A DNA stretch of 39,019 bases from a virus (lineage: Duplodnaviria; Caudoviricetes), in the IMG/VR virus record IMGVR_UViG_3300037780_000117, positions 1 to 39,019 of that record. One strand, 5' to 3'. Positions 1 through 8,678 of the stretch are shown one piece after another (positions within the stretch are counted from its first letter, which is position 1; the number at the start of each line of letters is the position of its first letter). The notes under the pieces were generated by a model that was given only the letters and a program-made list of their open reading frames with translations, ran no database searches and was not told the DNA's origin. Both the position numbers and the translations under genes were made by a program.

Positions 1-44
1 GTCTAGGTTCGCGCGGGGGTATTGAAGATCGACCCACCCCCCAC

Positions 45-410
45 TTACCGGGCGGCGGCCTCGATCCGCTGTTTCTCGCTGTCGTGCCAGGCTTTCGAAA
101 CGGCCTGCAGGTTCGCGGCGGCCCAGAAGAGCCGCTCGCACCCGCGGTGCGGCACGATGTGGTCCACCACCGGGCTGTTCGGCGCGGGGTGCCGTCCGAC
201 GAGCATCACGCCCGTCGCCTGGCACCGCAGGCCGTCGCGCAGCAGCACCTCGCGCCTGAGCTTCTGCCAGCGCGCGGTCTTGTACCAGGAGCGCCACGGC
301 TGCAGCGCGTCGCGCGTGCGGTTGCGCTCCTGCTCTCCGCCTCCGCTTGCGGGCGCCGGCACGCGCGCGGCCAGCGCGGCCACGCGCGGCGTCACCCGGC
401 GCAGGCGCAC
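45..410 (-). CDS. HNH endonuclease (terminase-associated, HK97 gp74-like)
   Basis: WYKTARWQKLR..RDGLRC..VVDHIVPHRG..LFW...NLQAVSKAWHDSEKQ; adjacent to terS across the genome end. Confidence 0.9.
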   Translation of the reverse strand: MRLRRVTPRVAALAARVPAPASGGGEQERNRTRDALQPWRSWYKTARWQKLRREVLLRDGLRCQATGVMLVGRHPAPNSPVVDHIVPHRGCERLFWAAANLQAVSKAWHDSEKQRIEAAAR

Positions 411-412
411 GC

Positions 413-760
413 TCAGAACTCCAGCAGAACCGCGTCGAGGCCGGAGCCGCTGGTGATCGTGACGGCGCCCACGAGGTAGGCCGCTATGGAACGCAGCGGC
501 ACCGCCACTTCCGCGCCGTCGGCGATGGAGCCGACCGCGTAGCCACCGGAAACGTCGACAGCGCCGATCCCCGCCACGGCCTCGGTCGTGGCATCCGCGC
601 CCTCGATCACCGGGCTCACCGGGCTGCCGGTGTCGTTGCGCAGGATCAGCACCGGCGCCTTGTCCGCGGTGTAGGTCAGGCTGTCGGTGCCGTTGAGCGT
701 GGTCACGGTCACGGCGCGCTTGCCCGCGCCCGTCATGTCGGTGGCAGTGATGGCAGGCAT
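413..760 (-). CDS. Putative virion structural/decoration protein (beta-rich, 115 aa)
   Basis: GAGAGGAGG RBS; T/A/V/G-rich beta-strand pattern; first gene after the predicted late promoter. Confidence 0.6.
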   Translation of the reverse strand: MPAITATDMTGAGKRAVTVTTLNGTDSLTYTADKAPVLILRNDTGSPVSPVIEGADATTEAVAGIGAVDVSGGYAVGSIADGAEVAVPLRSIAAYLVGAVTITSGSGLDAVLLEF

Positions 761-787
761 GGCCCGGCCTCCTCTCGCGATGTCAGG

Positions 788-828
788 AGAAACGAGAACG
801 CCCGGCAGGGCCTCTCGGCCGCCGGGCG
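788..828 (-). terminator. Intrinsic terminator-like hairpin (tR'-like)
   Basis: cgcccggc (799-806) / gccgggcg (821-828) stem followed on the minus strand by ttctcgtttct. Confidence 0.45.
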
Positions 829-844
829 CATCTCTGGATCATGG

Positions 845-900
845 CAGGGTTCTTACTTGGGGTTGGACTAAGCGTCAACCCCCAAATGTAGCGAACCCTG
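845..900 (-). promoter_or_regulatory. Putative late promoter within a long inverted repeat
   Basis: Minus strand TTGACG (873-878), 17 nt, TAAGAA (850-855); enclosed by cagggttc/gaaccctg and ttggggttg/caaccccca arms. Confidence 0.5.
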
Positions 901-1695
901 CTAGAGGTAGCGGCGCATGGCATCGAGCGTGCCACGCAAGGCGTCCTGCACGGCGGCGGCGTTCTTGGCGCCGCTCGCCCAGCCGTGCCGCTTGAGCACG
1001 GTGTCGACGGCCTGCTGGCCGAGGCACACGCCGTCCACCAGCCCGCGCACGGTGATCGAGCGGCGCGCGCCCTCCTCGCTGCCGCGCTCCGAGGGGCGGA
1101 TGCGACGCGGCTCCTTGGCGAGGCCCTGCGCGTCGAGCCACCGCTGGATCGCGCGCAAGCGGCGGATGTCGCGGACAGCGCGCTCGATCCACCCGCCCTC
1201 GCCGCGCGTGCCGCTCGAAAGGCTTTCCAGCGAAGCGAAGCGCACGCCGAGGGCGGCCACCCTCTCGGCCAGGGCAGCATAGGCGCGCCCGGCCTCGATC
1301 TGGCCGGGAGTGAAGATCGGCCCGCCGCTTCTCCCGCGGCGGTCGGCCTGCGCCTCCATCACGTCGAAGGCATCGCGCACCCGGGCCGCGCGGCGGCCTC
1401 GATAGCCCGAGGGGCGGTCGCGCGGGCCGGCCTCGGTCTGCACGGCCTCGCGGGGGGCGAAGGTCTCCACCTCGCCGCGCGCCGGAGCCACCGGGAGCTC
1501 GGGCCCGCATTCCTCCGGCGGGGTGCCGGCCGCAAGCAGCCGGGCGCGCTCGGCGTCGGCTGCGGCGCGGCGGTCCTTGAGCGTCTTTGCATCCTCCTCC
1601 GCCGGGCGGCGCCGCAGCGCCTCGCCATGCTCCCGCTTGGGATCGGGCGCCGAACGCAACTCAGGCACGGGCTTTTCGCGTATTTTGTGGCTCAC
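901..1695 (-). CDS. Putative late transcription regulator (Q-like position)
   Basis: GGAGG RBS; basic helical protein between the origin and the late promoter; function inferred from position. Confidence 0.55.
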   Translation of the reverse strand: MSHKIREKPVPELRSAPDPKREHGEALRRRPAEEDAKTLKDRRAAADAERARLLAAGTPPEECGPELPVAPARGEVETFAPREAVQTEAGPRDRPSGYRGRRAARVRDAFDVMEAQADRRGRSGGPIFTPGQIEAGRAYAALAERVAALGVRFASLESLSSGTRGEGGWIERAVRDIRRLRAIQRWLDAQGLAKEPRRIRPSERGSEEGARRSITVRGLVDGVCLGQQAVDTVLKRHGWASGAKNAAAVQDALRGTLDAMRRYL

Positions 1696-1736
1696 TGCTT
1701 TACCTCCACCATATCTTGTTTTTGCTCTTGTTTCTG

Positions 1737-2087
1737 ACGGGCTTGACGGGCTTGAAACCTTTCTTCACGGGCTTGAGATTTCAGAAGATCACCTCTCGCG
1801 AGGTGTAGAGAAAACAGAAGGTTACGCAGGAAAACGGGCCCGACGGGCCTGACGGGCTTGAGATTCCGACCTACGCGAGGAACTTTTTTCCGGACACATC
1901 TCCATCACAAAGCCAGCCCTCGCGCGCGCGCACGGGAGACTTTCCCAATCTCGGGCCCGTCGGGCCCGTCAAGCCCGGATTTTGCCGCAACCCATTGATT
2001 GCAAACGATCCCCCGCGCCCCCGCTTGCCGCAATCTCAAGCCCGTTGCGCCGATCTCCGGCCCGTCAGGCCCGCTTTTCAGGCCCGC
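1737..2087. repeat. Putative replication origin: converging 9-bp iterons ACGGGCYYG plus an IHF-like site
   Basis: Six direct copies at 1737, 1746, 1767, 1834, 1843, 1852; about seven inverted copies at 1952-2087; AATCAATGGGTTG on the minus strand at 1988-2000; directly downstream of the helicase. Confidence 0.75.
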
Positions 2088-2149
2088 CCAGCCATGAGCG
2101 GAAGCGGGCGTGAGCCCACGAGGGGCGCAACGAGGGGTGCGGGGAGCCA

Positions 2150-3874
2150 TCAGAAGTCGCCACCGTAATCGTCCGCGGCCAGGCTGGATCGGCGTTCGCC
2201 GCCGCTCTCGGCCATCCGCCGGGCGAAAGTGTCGGCAAAGCGGATCCCGCGATATCCCGTCACCACGTTCTTGCCTGCGGCGAAGGTAAGCCCGCTCGCG
2301 GGGTGCCGCCAGCGGCCGGCCTTGTCCTTGAGCCGGAGGCTCACCGTGCGCCCGCCCCAGCGGGTCTCCCCGCGGTCCTCCAGCCAGAAGTTGAACGCCT
2401 CGATCAGCTCGCGCGAGGCGATGAAATCGGTTTCCTGCCCGCTCACGACGGTCGCGTCGGTCAGGAAGGTGCCCACGGGGTCGCTCTCGGCGCGGTAAGC
2501 GCGGGTGGCATCGAGCACGGCCTCGGGCTCCTGGAGCCCGCCCTCGAGGTAGTCGAGCAAGCCCTCGATCATCCAGTTGAGAATGCCCGATCGCTCGGCC
2601 CAGAGCTTCTCACCGAGATCGGGGTCGCGCTCCTCGGGCGGGATCTGCACGTCGAAGGGCACCAGCAGCACGCGGCGCCAGATCCCCTCGTCGGTGCCGC
2701 GGATCTCGGGCTTGTGGTTGCCCGAAAGCGTCAGCTTGAAGCGCGGCTTCACTTCCACGAAATCCGAGTGCAGGGCGCGCACCAGCAGCGGCTCGCCGCC
2801 GGTCAACTCCTTGATGATCCCCTCGCGCAGCTTCTCGCCCTGCTCCGGCTCGCTGGCGCGCACCATGCGGGCGCCCATGAGCGGCACGAGGTCGGGCGTG
2901 GCATCCCCGCCGCCGCGGCGCGAGGTGCCGGTCAGGCTCTCGATCTTCGCGGTGGCGGCATAATCGCCCATCATCCGGCCCATGAGGTCCATCAGCACGG
3001 ATTTGCCGTTGGCGCCGTGGCCGTAGAGGAAAGCGAGCTTCTGCTCGCCGGTGAGCGCGGTCATGGAAAGGCCGAGCCAGCGCTGCAGGAATCGGCGCAT
3101 CTCGCCCGAGGGCTGCACCCGCTCCAGGAAAGCCGTGAAGAGCGGGGCGCCGGCGTCGGGGTCGTGATCCACGGGCACGAGCTTTGTATGGAGGCCCTCG
3201 CGGGCGTGGGGCACCAGCTCCACCGCGGCGACGGGGGCCATGCCCTCGGCGCGGGTCTGGGTGAAGCGCAGCACGCCCGAAAGCGTGTTCACCTCCAGCG
3301 GCTCGGCGTCGAGCGCCTCCACCGTGCGCGCGAGATGCACGCCGGCCTCGGTGAGCATGTTGGTGATCGAGTTCGAATTGCCCGCCGCCTTCGCCGCCCG
3401 GCGGTGCTCGCCCCGGCGCTTGGACAGGCGGGTGCGCATCTCGCCGCAGGCGGCCAGCAGCTCGCGGGCGCGCACCAGTTCCGCCCGATCCTCGGGCGAG
3501 GGCGCCTCCAGCGCGGTCACCCGGCGCTCGGTGGCGCGGGCCTCGGGCTCGGCCGCGAGGATCTCCATCTCGGTGTCGGCGAGGCGCACGTGGGGCACCT
3601 CGCGCTGCATCCGCTCGCTCACGGTCTGGGCGCGGGTGCGCACGGCGATGCGGTCGTCGTCGCGCAGCCAGCGCAGCCCGTCCCAGATGTGCCAGCCCAC
3701 GCGCGGCACGAAGATCGCGTCGGCGCCGTGGTAGAGGCGAAAGCGCGCGCCATTGCCGGTATCGTTGAGCGGAAGGGCGGCCGCCTCCCGTTCGGGCTCG
3801 GGCGAACCGTCCTCCGGCGGGGGCGGAAGCGCCCCGTCCTCCGGGGCGATCTGGTCGAACGGGTCGTCTGACAT
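2150..3874 (-). CDS. P4-family/D5-like SF3 helicase (D5_N + ATPase; no primase domain seen)
   Basis: LNDTGNGARF, WDGLRW, Walker A GHGANGKS, IKELTGGE, GNHKPEIRGTDEGIWRR; start MSDDPF. Confidence 0.92.
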   Translation of the reverse strand: MSDDPFDQIAPEDGALPPPPEDGSPEPEREAAALPLNDTGNGARFRLYHGADAIFVPRVGWHIWDGLRWLRDDDRIAVRTRAQTVSERMQREVPHVRLADTEMEILAAEPEARATERRVTALEAPSPEDRAELVRARELLAACGEMRTRLSKRRGEHRRAAKAAGNSNSITNMLTEAGVHLARTVEALDAEPLEVNTLSGVLRFTQTRAEGMAPVAAVELVPHAREGLHTKLVPVDHDPDAGAPLFTAFLERVQPSGEMRRFLQRWLGLSMTALTGEQKLAFLYGHGANGKSVLMDLMGRMMGDYAATAKIESLTGTSRRGGGDATPDLVPLMGARMVRASEPEQGEKLREGIIKELTGGEPLLVRALHSDFVEVKPRFKLTLSGNHKPEIRGTDEGIWRRVLLVPFDVQIPPEERDPDLGEKLWAERSGILNWMIEGLLDYLEGGLQEPEAVLDATRAYRAESDPVGTFLTDATVVSGQETDFIASRELIEAFNFWLEDRGETRWGGRTVSLRLKDKAGRWRHPASGLTFAAGKNVVTGYRGIRFADTFARRMAESGGERRSSLAADDYGGDF

Positions 3875-3878
3875 CCGG

Positions 3879-4082
3879 TCAGCCCATCCCCTTCGGAGGC
3901 GGGCGGCCCACGTGCCACTCCCGGCACACCGGGCAGCGATAGGCCGCCACGATCCGCCCGCGGGCGCGCATCCGGCGGGCAACCTTGCGGGCGCGGGCCG
4001 CGTCCAGCGCGTCCTTGCCCTGGCAGGCGGAGAGCACGCGGGTACGGCTCTTGCCCGCGCCCCAGCGCTCGGCCCCGCTCAC
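3879..4082 (-). CDS. Small Zn-binding protein
   Basis: YRCPVCREWHVG motif; GTGA coupling to the upstream gene. Confidence 0.65.
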   Translation of the reverse strand: MSGAERWGAGKSRTRVLSACQGKDALDAARARKVARRMRARGRIVAAYRCPVCREWHVGRPPPKGMG

Positions 4083-4513
4083 CGGGTCGCCCTCAGCGTG
4101 CCCTCGGGGTCGGCGCGGCGCAGGAAGGCGCGGCGCGAGGCCGGGTCGAGTTGCCCCCAAAGCGCGGCCAGCGCCCGCTTGCGCGCACGCTCGGCCAGCC
4201 CCGCGCGGCCCAGCCGCTCCAGCGCGGCCAGCGCGTAGGATTCCAGCTCAGGAGGGCTCGCGGCATCGGCCCAGAGCGCGGCCTCGGCCCGCGCGCCCTC
4301 GAAAAGCGGGGCCTCGGGGGTGCCCGCGCCGAGGATGTCGAGCGCGCCGGCCAGGAACTCCAGCGCCTCGCGGCGCGCCCCCGCCTCGAGGCAGGCGTCG
4401 AGCGCGCCCGAAAGCCGCCCCACCGCGCGGGCCCGGCCCATCTTCACCGCCGCCTCCGTGGCGAACGCCTGCGCCGCCGCCTCCTCGGCCAGCGAAACCG
4501 TCGTGCTATCCAT
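4079..4513 (-). CDS. Hypothetical protein
   Basis: GGAGG RBS, MDSTTVSLAEE start, coupled to neighbours. Confidence 0.65.
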   Translation of the reverse strand: MDSTTVSLAEEAAAQAFATEAAVKMGRARAVGRLSGALDACLEAGARREALEFLAGALDILGAGTPEAPLFEGARAEAALWADAASPPELESYALAALERLGRAGLAERARKRALAALWGQLDPASRRAFLRRADPEGTLRATR

Positions 4514-4784
4514 CGGACACCTCCGTGTTGCAGTGCTCGGCCAGCAGGCCCGCGATCCACCAGCGCGCATCGGCGGCGGCCGCGCGCATCTCGCCGCGCT
4601 CGCCCGCCTCGATCGCCGCGGCGAGCCGCGCTGCGAGCTTGGCCCTGTCGATCTCGTCACGCCCGGCCGTCGCCTCGGCGAGATCGCGCAGGCACTCCGC
4701 GATGATCCGGGCCCAGGCATCGGGCTCGGCCACCGGGGCCGCGGCCCAGATCCGGGCGCGCACGGCGTCGTGCACCTCAGCCAT
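4506..4784 (-). CDS. Hypothetical protein
   Basis: GGAGG RBS, MAEVHDAV start, overlaps neighbours. Confidence 0.6.
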   Translation of the reverse strand: MAEVHDAVRARIWAAAPVAEPDAWARIIAECLRDLAEATAGRDEIDRAKLAARLAAAIEAGERGEMRAAAADARWWIAGLLAEHCNTEVSDG

Positions 4785-5064
4785 CGGCGCGCGCCTCCGG
4801 CGGCGCGGCGCGCTTGGCGAAGAAATCGGCCAGCCAGGCGCGGCCATCGTCCTCGGCGCGGCGCAGGGCCACGGTATCCTCGGCGCGGTAGGCGGCGCAG
4901 AGTGTCTGCGCGTGGTAGCGCAGGGCCATGTCGGGCTCGGCGGTGAGCTGCGGCGCCAGCTCCCCGAGGATATCCACGAGCAGCCCGGTGCGTGCGGCCG
5001 AGATGCGCCACGGCGCGATCAGCAGCGCGGCGAGCGCCGAGACGGTGCGCGCGCGCACGCTCAT
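4777..5064 (-). CDS. Hypothetical protein
   Basis: ATGA overlap with the MTase stop; MSVRARTV start. Confidence 0.55.
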   Translation of the reverse strand: MSVRARTVSALAALLIAPWRISAARTGLLVDILGELAPQLTAEPDMALRYHAQTLCAAYRAEDTVALRRAEDDGRAWLADFFAKRAAPPEARADG

Positions 5065-5744
5065 GCCCCGGCTTCCATCAGCGAGAGCAGCGGGCCGGGC
5101 GGCGGCGGCGGGTAATCGCCCACGCGGGTCAGCCGGTAGCGGCACGGGCCGATCCAGCCCAGCCGGGTCTCGCACGGCGCGCCGATCCGCCAGATCACCC
5201 AGCAATACGACTGGTTCGTGCTCGCCTGCGCGTCGAGCCTGTCGGCCACCATCGGCACGCGCTCGGCGAACTGCAGCACCGCGGCCGGCGGGCGCCGGTC
5301 GAAAAGATCCTCGAACCGGCCGATACCTTCGAGAAACTGCTGCTTGACGAGCAGCGCCACGCCCTTGCGGGCACGCTTCAGCGCGGTGCGCGCGAAATCC
5401 CCGGCGCAATTGAACGGCGGGTTCGTGATGATCCAGTCCGCGCGGAATCCCATCGCGGCGTCGGCGCCGTTCCGCTCTTCCGGCCCGATGAAATCGAAGG
5501 TGCCGGCCTGCCCCGGCCAGCCGCGATCCACGATGTCGGTGGCGCGCACCCCGGCAAAGCTCTCGGCCAGCACGCGGGCCATGTCGCCCTCGCCGCAGGC
5601 CGGCTCCCACGCCCAGCTCCGGCCGAGATCGTCCGTTTCGGCGAGCCGCTCGAGGAGCGCCCGCGTTGCCCAGGGCGGCGTCGGGAAGAAATCGAGCCCC
5701 TCGCGCGGGGTCTGGCGGATGTTGAGCACGCGTCCCGGCATCAT
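5061..5744 (-). CDS. SAM-dependent DNA amino-methyltransferase (NPPF type)
   Basis: DFFPTPPW, WEPACGEG (SAM binding), IITNPPF (catalytic). Confidence 0.85.
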   Translation of the reverse strand: MMPGRVLNIRQTPREGLDFFPTPPWATRALLERLAETDDLGRSWAWEPACGEGDMARVLAESFAGVRATDIVDRGWPGQAGTFDFIGPEERNGADAAMGFRADWIITNPPFNCAGDFARTALKRARKGVALLVKQQFLEGIGRFEDLFDRRPPAAVLQFAERVPMVADRLDAQASTNQSYCWVIWRIGAPCETRLGWIGPCRYRLTRVGDYPPPPPGPLLSLMEAGA

Positions 5745-5944
5745 TCCCCCTTCGGCCAGTAGGCCGCCTGCACCACCTCCGCCGGCTCGCCCGAATGCGC
5801 GAGATCGGCCACCAGCACCGCCTCGCAGGCGAACCACACGTCGAGCGCGCGCACTCCGAAGGCCCGGGCGATCTCGCCCGCCTCCGCGCCGGCGCTGGCC
5901 CGATTGAGCCATTCCAGGATCATCTCGTCCTCCCTCCGGCTCAC
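5741..5944 (-). CDS. Small hypothetical HTH-like protein
   Basis: EIARAFGV motif; coupled overlaps on both sides. Confidence 0.55.
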   Translation of the reverse strand: MSRREDEMILEWLNRASAGAEAGEIARAFGVRALDVWFACEAVLVADLAHSGEPAEVVQAAYWPKGE

Positions 5945-6669
5945 CGGGCCGCCCGCAGGCGGTGCCAGCGGGCGTGCACCCGCTGCATCGGCTCGCCCCA
6001 GCGTTCGGCGAGGGCGGCGAGCTTCGCGTACCGGCCCTTGGTGGCCAGCACCGCGGCGTCGCGTTCCACGCTCCAGCCCGGCGGCGCCGCGGGGGGCGGC
6101 GGTGGCGGCGGCGAGGGCGGCGCGCGCCGTGCGGGCGCATCGGCCCAAAGCTCGCCGGTCTGCTTCCACGCGGTCACCAGCTTGGCCACGTGGCTTTCGG
6201 AATACCCGGTGGCCTCGGCGATTTCCCGGTACGTCTTCCCCTTGCGGGCCAGCGCGCGCATCTTCGCGTCGCGCGCAGCGGTGTCGGGGTCGCGCGGGCG
6301 CCCGGGCACCCCGCGCGGGCCGGGGTCGAACGGCGCCAGGCGCTTGCGCACGGCCGAGGCGCCCACGCCGAGCTCCCGGGCGCAGGCCGCCACGCTCATG
6401 CCGGCCCGGCGCATCTCGTGCAGGCGATCGAGGTCGATCACGCCGCGCTCGGGCACCGCTCCCGCCATGCCCCAGCGCGCCGCGTACTGGCGCACCGCCG
6501 AGACGCTCACCCCGAAGTGCCCGGCGCAGGAGGCCAGCGTCCAGCCGTCCTCCAGCAGCCGGCGCAGCTCGGAGCGCGAGATCGATCCCGAGGGAGAAAC
6601 GGTGCGCACGGCCGAGCCCGAGGGCACCGGCGGCAGGTCCGGAAGTTTCTCCGCCCGCGCGCCGCTCAT
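5941..6669 (-). CDS. Multi-HTH DNA-binding protein
   Basis: Three HTH-like segments (TLASCAGHFGVS, SVAACARELGVG, TYREIAEATGYS) plus a Pro linker. Confidence 0.7.
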   Translation of the reverse strand: MSGARAEKLPDLPPVPSGSAVRTVSPSGSISRSELRRLLEDGWTLASCAGHFGVSVSAVRQYAARWGMAGAVPERGVIDLDRLHEMRRAGMSVAACARELGVGASAVRKRLAPFDPGPRGVPGRPRDPDTAARDAKMRALARKGKTYREIAEATGYSESHVAKLVTAWKQTGELWADAPARRAPPSPPPPPPPAAPPGWSVERDAAVLATKGRYAKLAALAERWGEPMQRVHARWHRLRAAR

Positions 6670-7004
6670 GCCGCGGCCACCAGCCGGGAGAACACGTATT
6701 CCGGCCCGAAGATCGCCTGCGCGTGCAGCAGCGCGCGCATGTTCGCGCCGGTCGAGCCGTGCCACCAGTTGCGCGCCGTCTTCTCGTCCACGTCGAAAAC
6801 GAAGGCCACCTCGGTCGCGCAGCGGAAGTGATCGCGCAGAAAGCGCGACCAGCACTCCGGCGCGAAGCGGCGCAGCGCGTCCAGATCGACGGGCCGGCCG
6901 GAACATTCGCCGGAGCGCGCTCCGGCAGCATCCCCGGGCGACGGCGCCTCGCCTGGCGCGGTAGTCTTGGTGCATGACGCATCGTGCACGAGCACCAGCC
7001 GCAT
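6666..7004 (-). CDS. HTH regulator downstream of cro (CII-like position)
   Basis: EVAFVFDVDEKTARNWW motif; start may be GTG at 7028. Confidence 0.6.
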   Translation of the reverse strand: MRLVLVHDASCTKTTAPGEAPSPGDAAGARSGECSGRPVDLDALRRFAPECWSRFLRDHFRCATEVAFVFDVDEKTARNWWHGSTGANMRALLHAQAIFGPEYVFSRLVAAA

Positions 7005-7024
7005 CGTCTTCCGGCCGCCGGCGG

Positions 7025-7306
7025 TCACGCCGCGTCCTCCGCCGGGCAGCCGGCCTCGTCGCGGGCGGCGTCGAGCAGCGCCAGGAGCCGGCGCACCTCG
7101 TCCCCCTGCGGGCCCTGCGGGCAGAGATCGCGGATCGCGGCGACCACGCGGTCGGCGCGGTCGAAACGCGCCTGACCGGTGGTCAGGAAATTGGCCACCC
7201 AGTTGTTGCCCACGCCGGCACGCCTCGAAAGGGCAAAAGCCGACAGGCCCGGCGAGGCGGCCAGCAGTGCGCGCACAAGCGCGCGGAGATGATCTGCATA
7301 GGTCAT
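7025..7306 (-). CDS. Cro-like repressor
   Basis: SAFALSRRAGVGNNWV HTH; divergent from cI; probably leaderless. Confidence 0.7.
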   Translation of the reverse strand: MTYADHLRALVRALLAASPGLSAFALSRRAGVGNNWVANFLTTGQARFDRADRVVAAIRDLCPQGPQGDEVRRLLALLDAARDEAGCPAEDAA

Positions 7307-7313
7307 GAGATGA

Positions 7314-7355
7314 CATTTACCCAGTATACCGGGATATTGCAACCAGTTTACTGGG
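7314..7355 (-). promoter_or_regulatory. Lytic promoter with two 14-bp operators
   Basis: Minus strand TTGCAA-17-TAAATG; operators CCCAGTATACCGGG (7320-7333) and ACCAGTTTACTGGG (7342-7355). Confidence 0.7.
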
Positions 7356-7392
7356 CTTTCTATTCGGGAGCGCCGCAGCGCATGTGCGCGAC

Positions 7393-8058
7393 ATGACAAC
7401 CGCTGCTACCGAATCGCCGCCGCCGCCAGCGCGCGGCCCCTCCGCCGAAGCCCGCCGGATTGCGGAACTACGTGAAAAGACAGGGCTGTCCGCAAGCAAG
7501 CTGTCGGAGCAAGCTGGCCTTGGGAAGAACACCGTCGGGCAAATCGAAAGCGGGCAGATCCAGCACCCCACCAGCGAGGCGCTGCGCAAGATCGCCGCCG
7601 TTCTGGGCGTGGCGCCCGGTTACCTGCTTGACGGCGAAAGGCTGAACTCCGGCGGGCCCGGGATGTCGGAAAGCAACGTGACGCCATGGACTCCGGCGCG
7701 ATCGGGTGAGAGGCCCGATCTACACGAACGCCAGGCACGGCTGCCCGCGATCCTTGCTCCGCGCGCCGGCAAGGCCGCCCCGTTTCGGCTCGCCGCGGAT
7801 CTTCCCGGCTTCAACCTCGAGGCTGGGGATGTGCTGATCATCGATTTGAAGACACCGGCCCAGACCGGCGATCTGGTGATCGCTACCGTCGTCGACATGG
7901 GCACCGCAAGCAGTCGGACAGTGCTGCGCCGATTCCTGCCGCCCTACCTCGTGCCGGCAGACAGCTCGCGCACCGGGGATGTTCTGGTGGTCGACGGTGC
8001 CCGCACCGTGGTCATGGGTCCGGTGATTGCCAGCTTTCGCGCGCCGCAGATTGATTAG
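7393..8058 (+). CDS. cI: CI-like repressor (XRE HTH + S24-like C-terminal domain)
   Basis: IAELREKTGLSASKLSEQAGLGKNTVGQIESG; C-terminal GDVLIID..GDLVIA pattern. Confidence 0.85.
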   Translation: MTTAATESPPPPARGPSAEARRIAELREKTGLSASKLSEQAGLGKNTVGQIESGQIQHPTSEALRKIAAVLGVAPGYLLDGERLNSGGPGMSESNVTPWTPARSGERPDLHERQARLPAILAPRAGKAAPFRLAADLPGFNLEAGDVLIIDLKTPAQTGDLVIATVVDMGTASSRTVLRRFLPPYLVPADSSRTGDVLVVDGARTVVMGPVIASFRAPQID

Positions 8059-8534
8059 CGCCGCAGCGCACCGGGCTCCAGAACGGGAACGGTAACCTCA
8101 CCGGTTTCAGGAAAAAACACGCAGGTGTAGTGGTAAGCGCGCTCCAGCCCGTCCGCGCCGACGATCTGCATACGCTCGCCGAAGTAGAGCACGTTGCCGT
8201 TCGGCAGGCTCGTGTGATGCGATAGCCGCCCGATCCCGCGCCAGTTCCACCGCCCGATCGCCGAAGCCGCGGATTCGATCGCACGCCAGCACGGCGTTTC
8301 GGCCTCGTCGTACCAGTACGCTCCCCAGCAATCGTCAGGCGGCGCACAGTCTGCACGAGGCCCGGCAGACTGTTCCGGCGCCTCGGCCGCAGGATCGGCA
8401 CCTTCGTCGCGAATGACACCGCCGCCGGCCGTGTCCTCCGATGGGCCTACCAAAAACGCCAGGGCAAGCAGCGCAACAGCGATACCGCCGACGATCATCA
8501 GGCCCAGTTTGAGCGCTCGAAGCATAAATTTCAT
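8055..8534 (-). CDS. Membrane-anchored exported protein (possible superinfection exclusion)
   Basis: N-terminal hydrophobic helix, four Cys in the soluble domain, located in the immunity region. Confidence 0.6.
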   Translation of the reverse strand: MKFMLRALKLGLMIVGGIAVALLALAFLVGPSEDTAGGGVIRDEGADPAAEAPEQSAGPRADCAPPDDCWGAYWYDEAETPCWRAIESAASAIGRWNWRGIGRLSHHTSLPNGNVLYFGERMQIVGADGLERAYHYTCVFFPETGEVTVPVLEPGALRR

Positions 8535-8606
8535 GCGCTACCCCTAGCACGAATCCGCCGAAAATACCGCTGCGACATGCTTGCGCTCGGGCTACCGCCG
8601 GCGTTT

Positions 8607-8662
8607 CCCGGTTTACCGGTTGACATTCTCCCGCTAAATAGGGATGTTCCCGACAAACTGGG
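8607..8662 (+). promoter_or_regulatory. Rightward early promoter with three operators
   Basis: TTGACA at 8620-8625; CCCGGTTTACCGGT (8607), CCCGCTAAATAGGG (8630), CCCGACAAACTGGG (8649). Confidence 0.7.
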
Positions 8663-8678
8663 AACATGGAGACACCCG

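Noticed and set aside
1737-2087. CRISPR array, or the 81-aa ORF at 1905-2150
   Set aside because: Repeats are 9 bp, occur in both orientations and lack unique spacers; better explained as origin iterons
2303-7308. Many Arg/Pro/Ala-rich plus-strand ORFs
   Set aside because: They overlap a coherent, translationally coupled minus-strand operon
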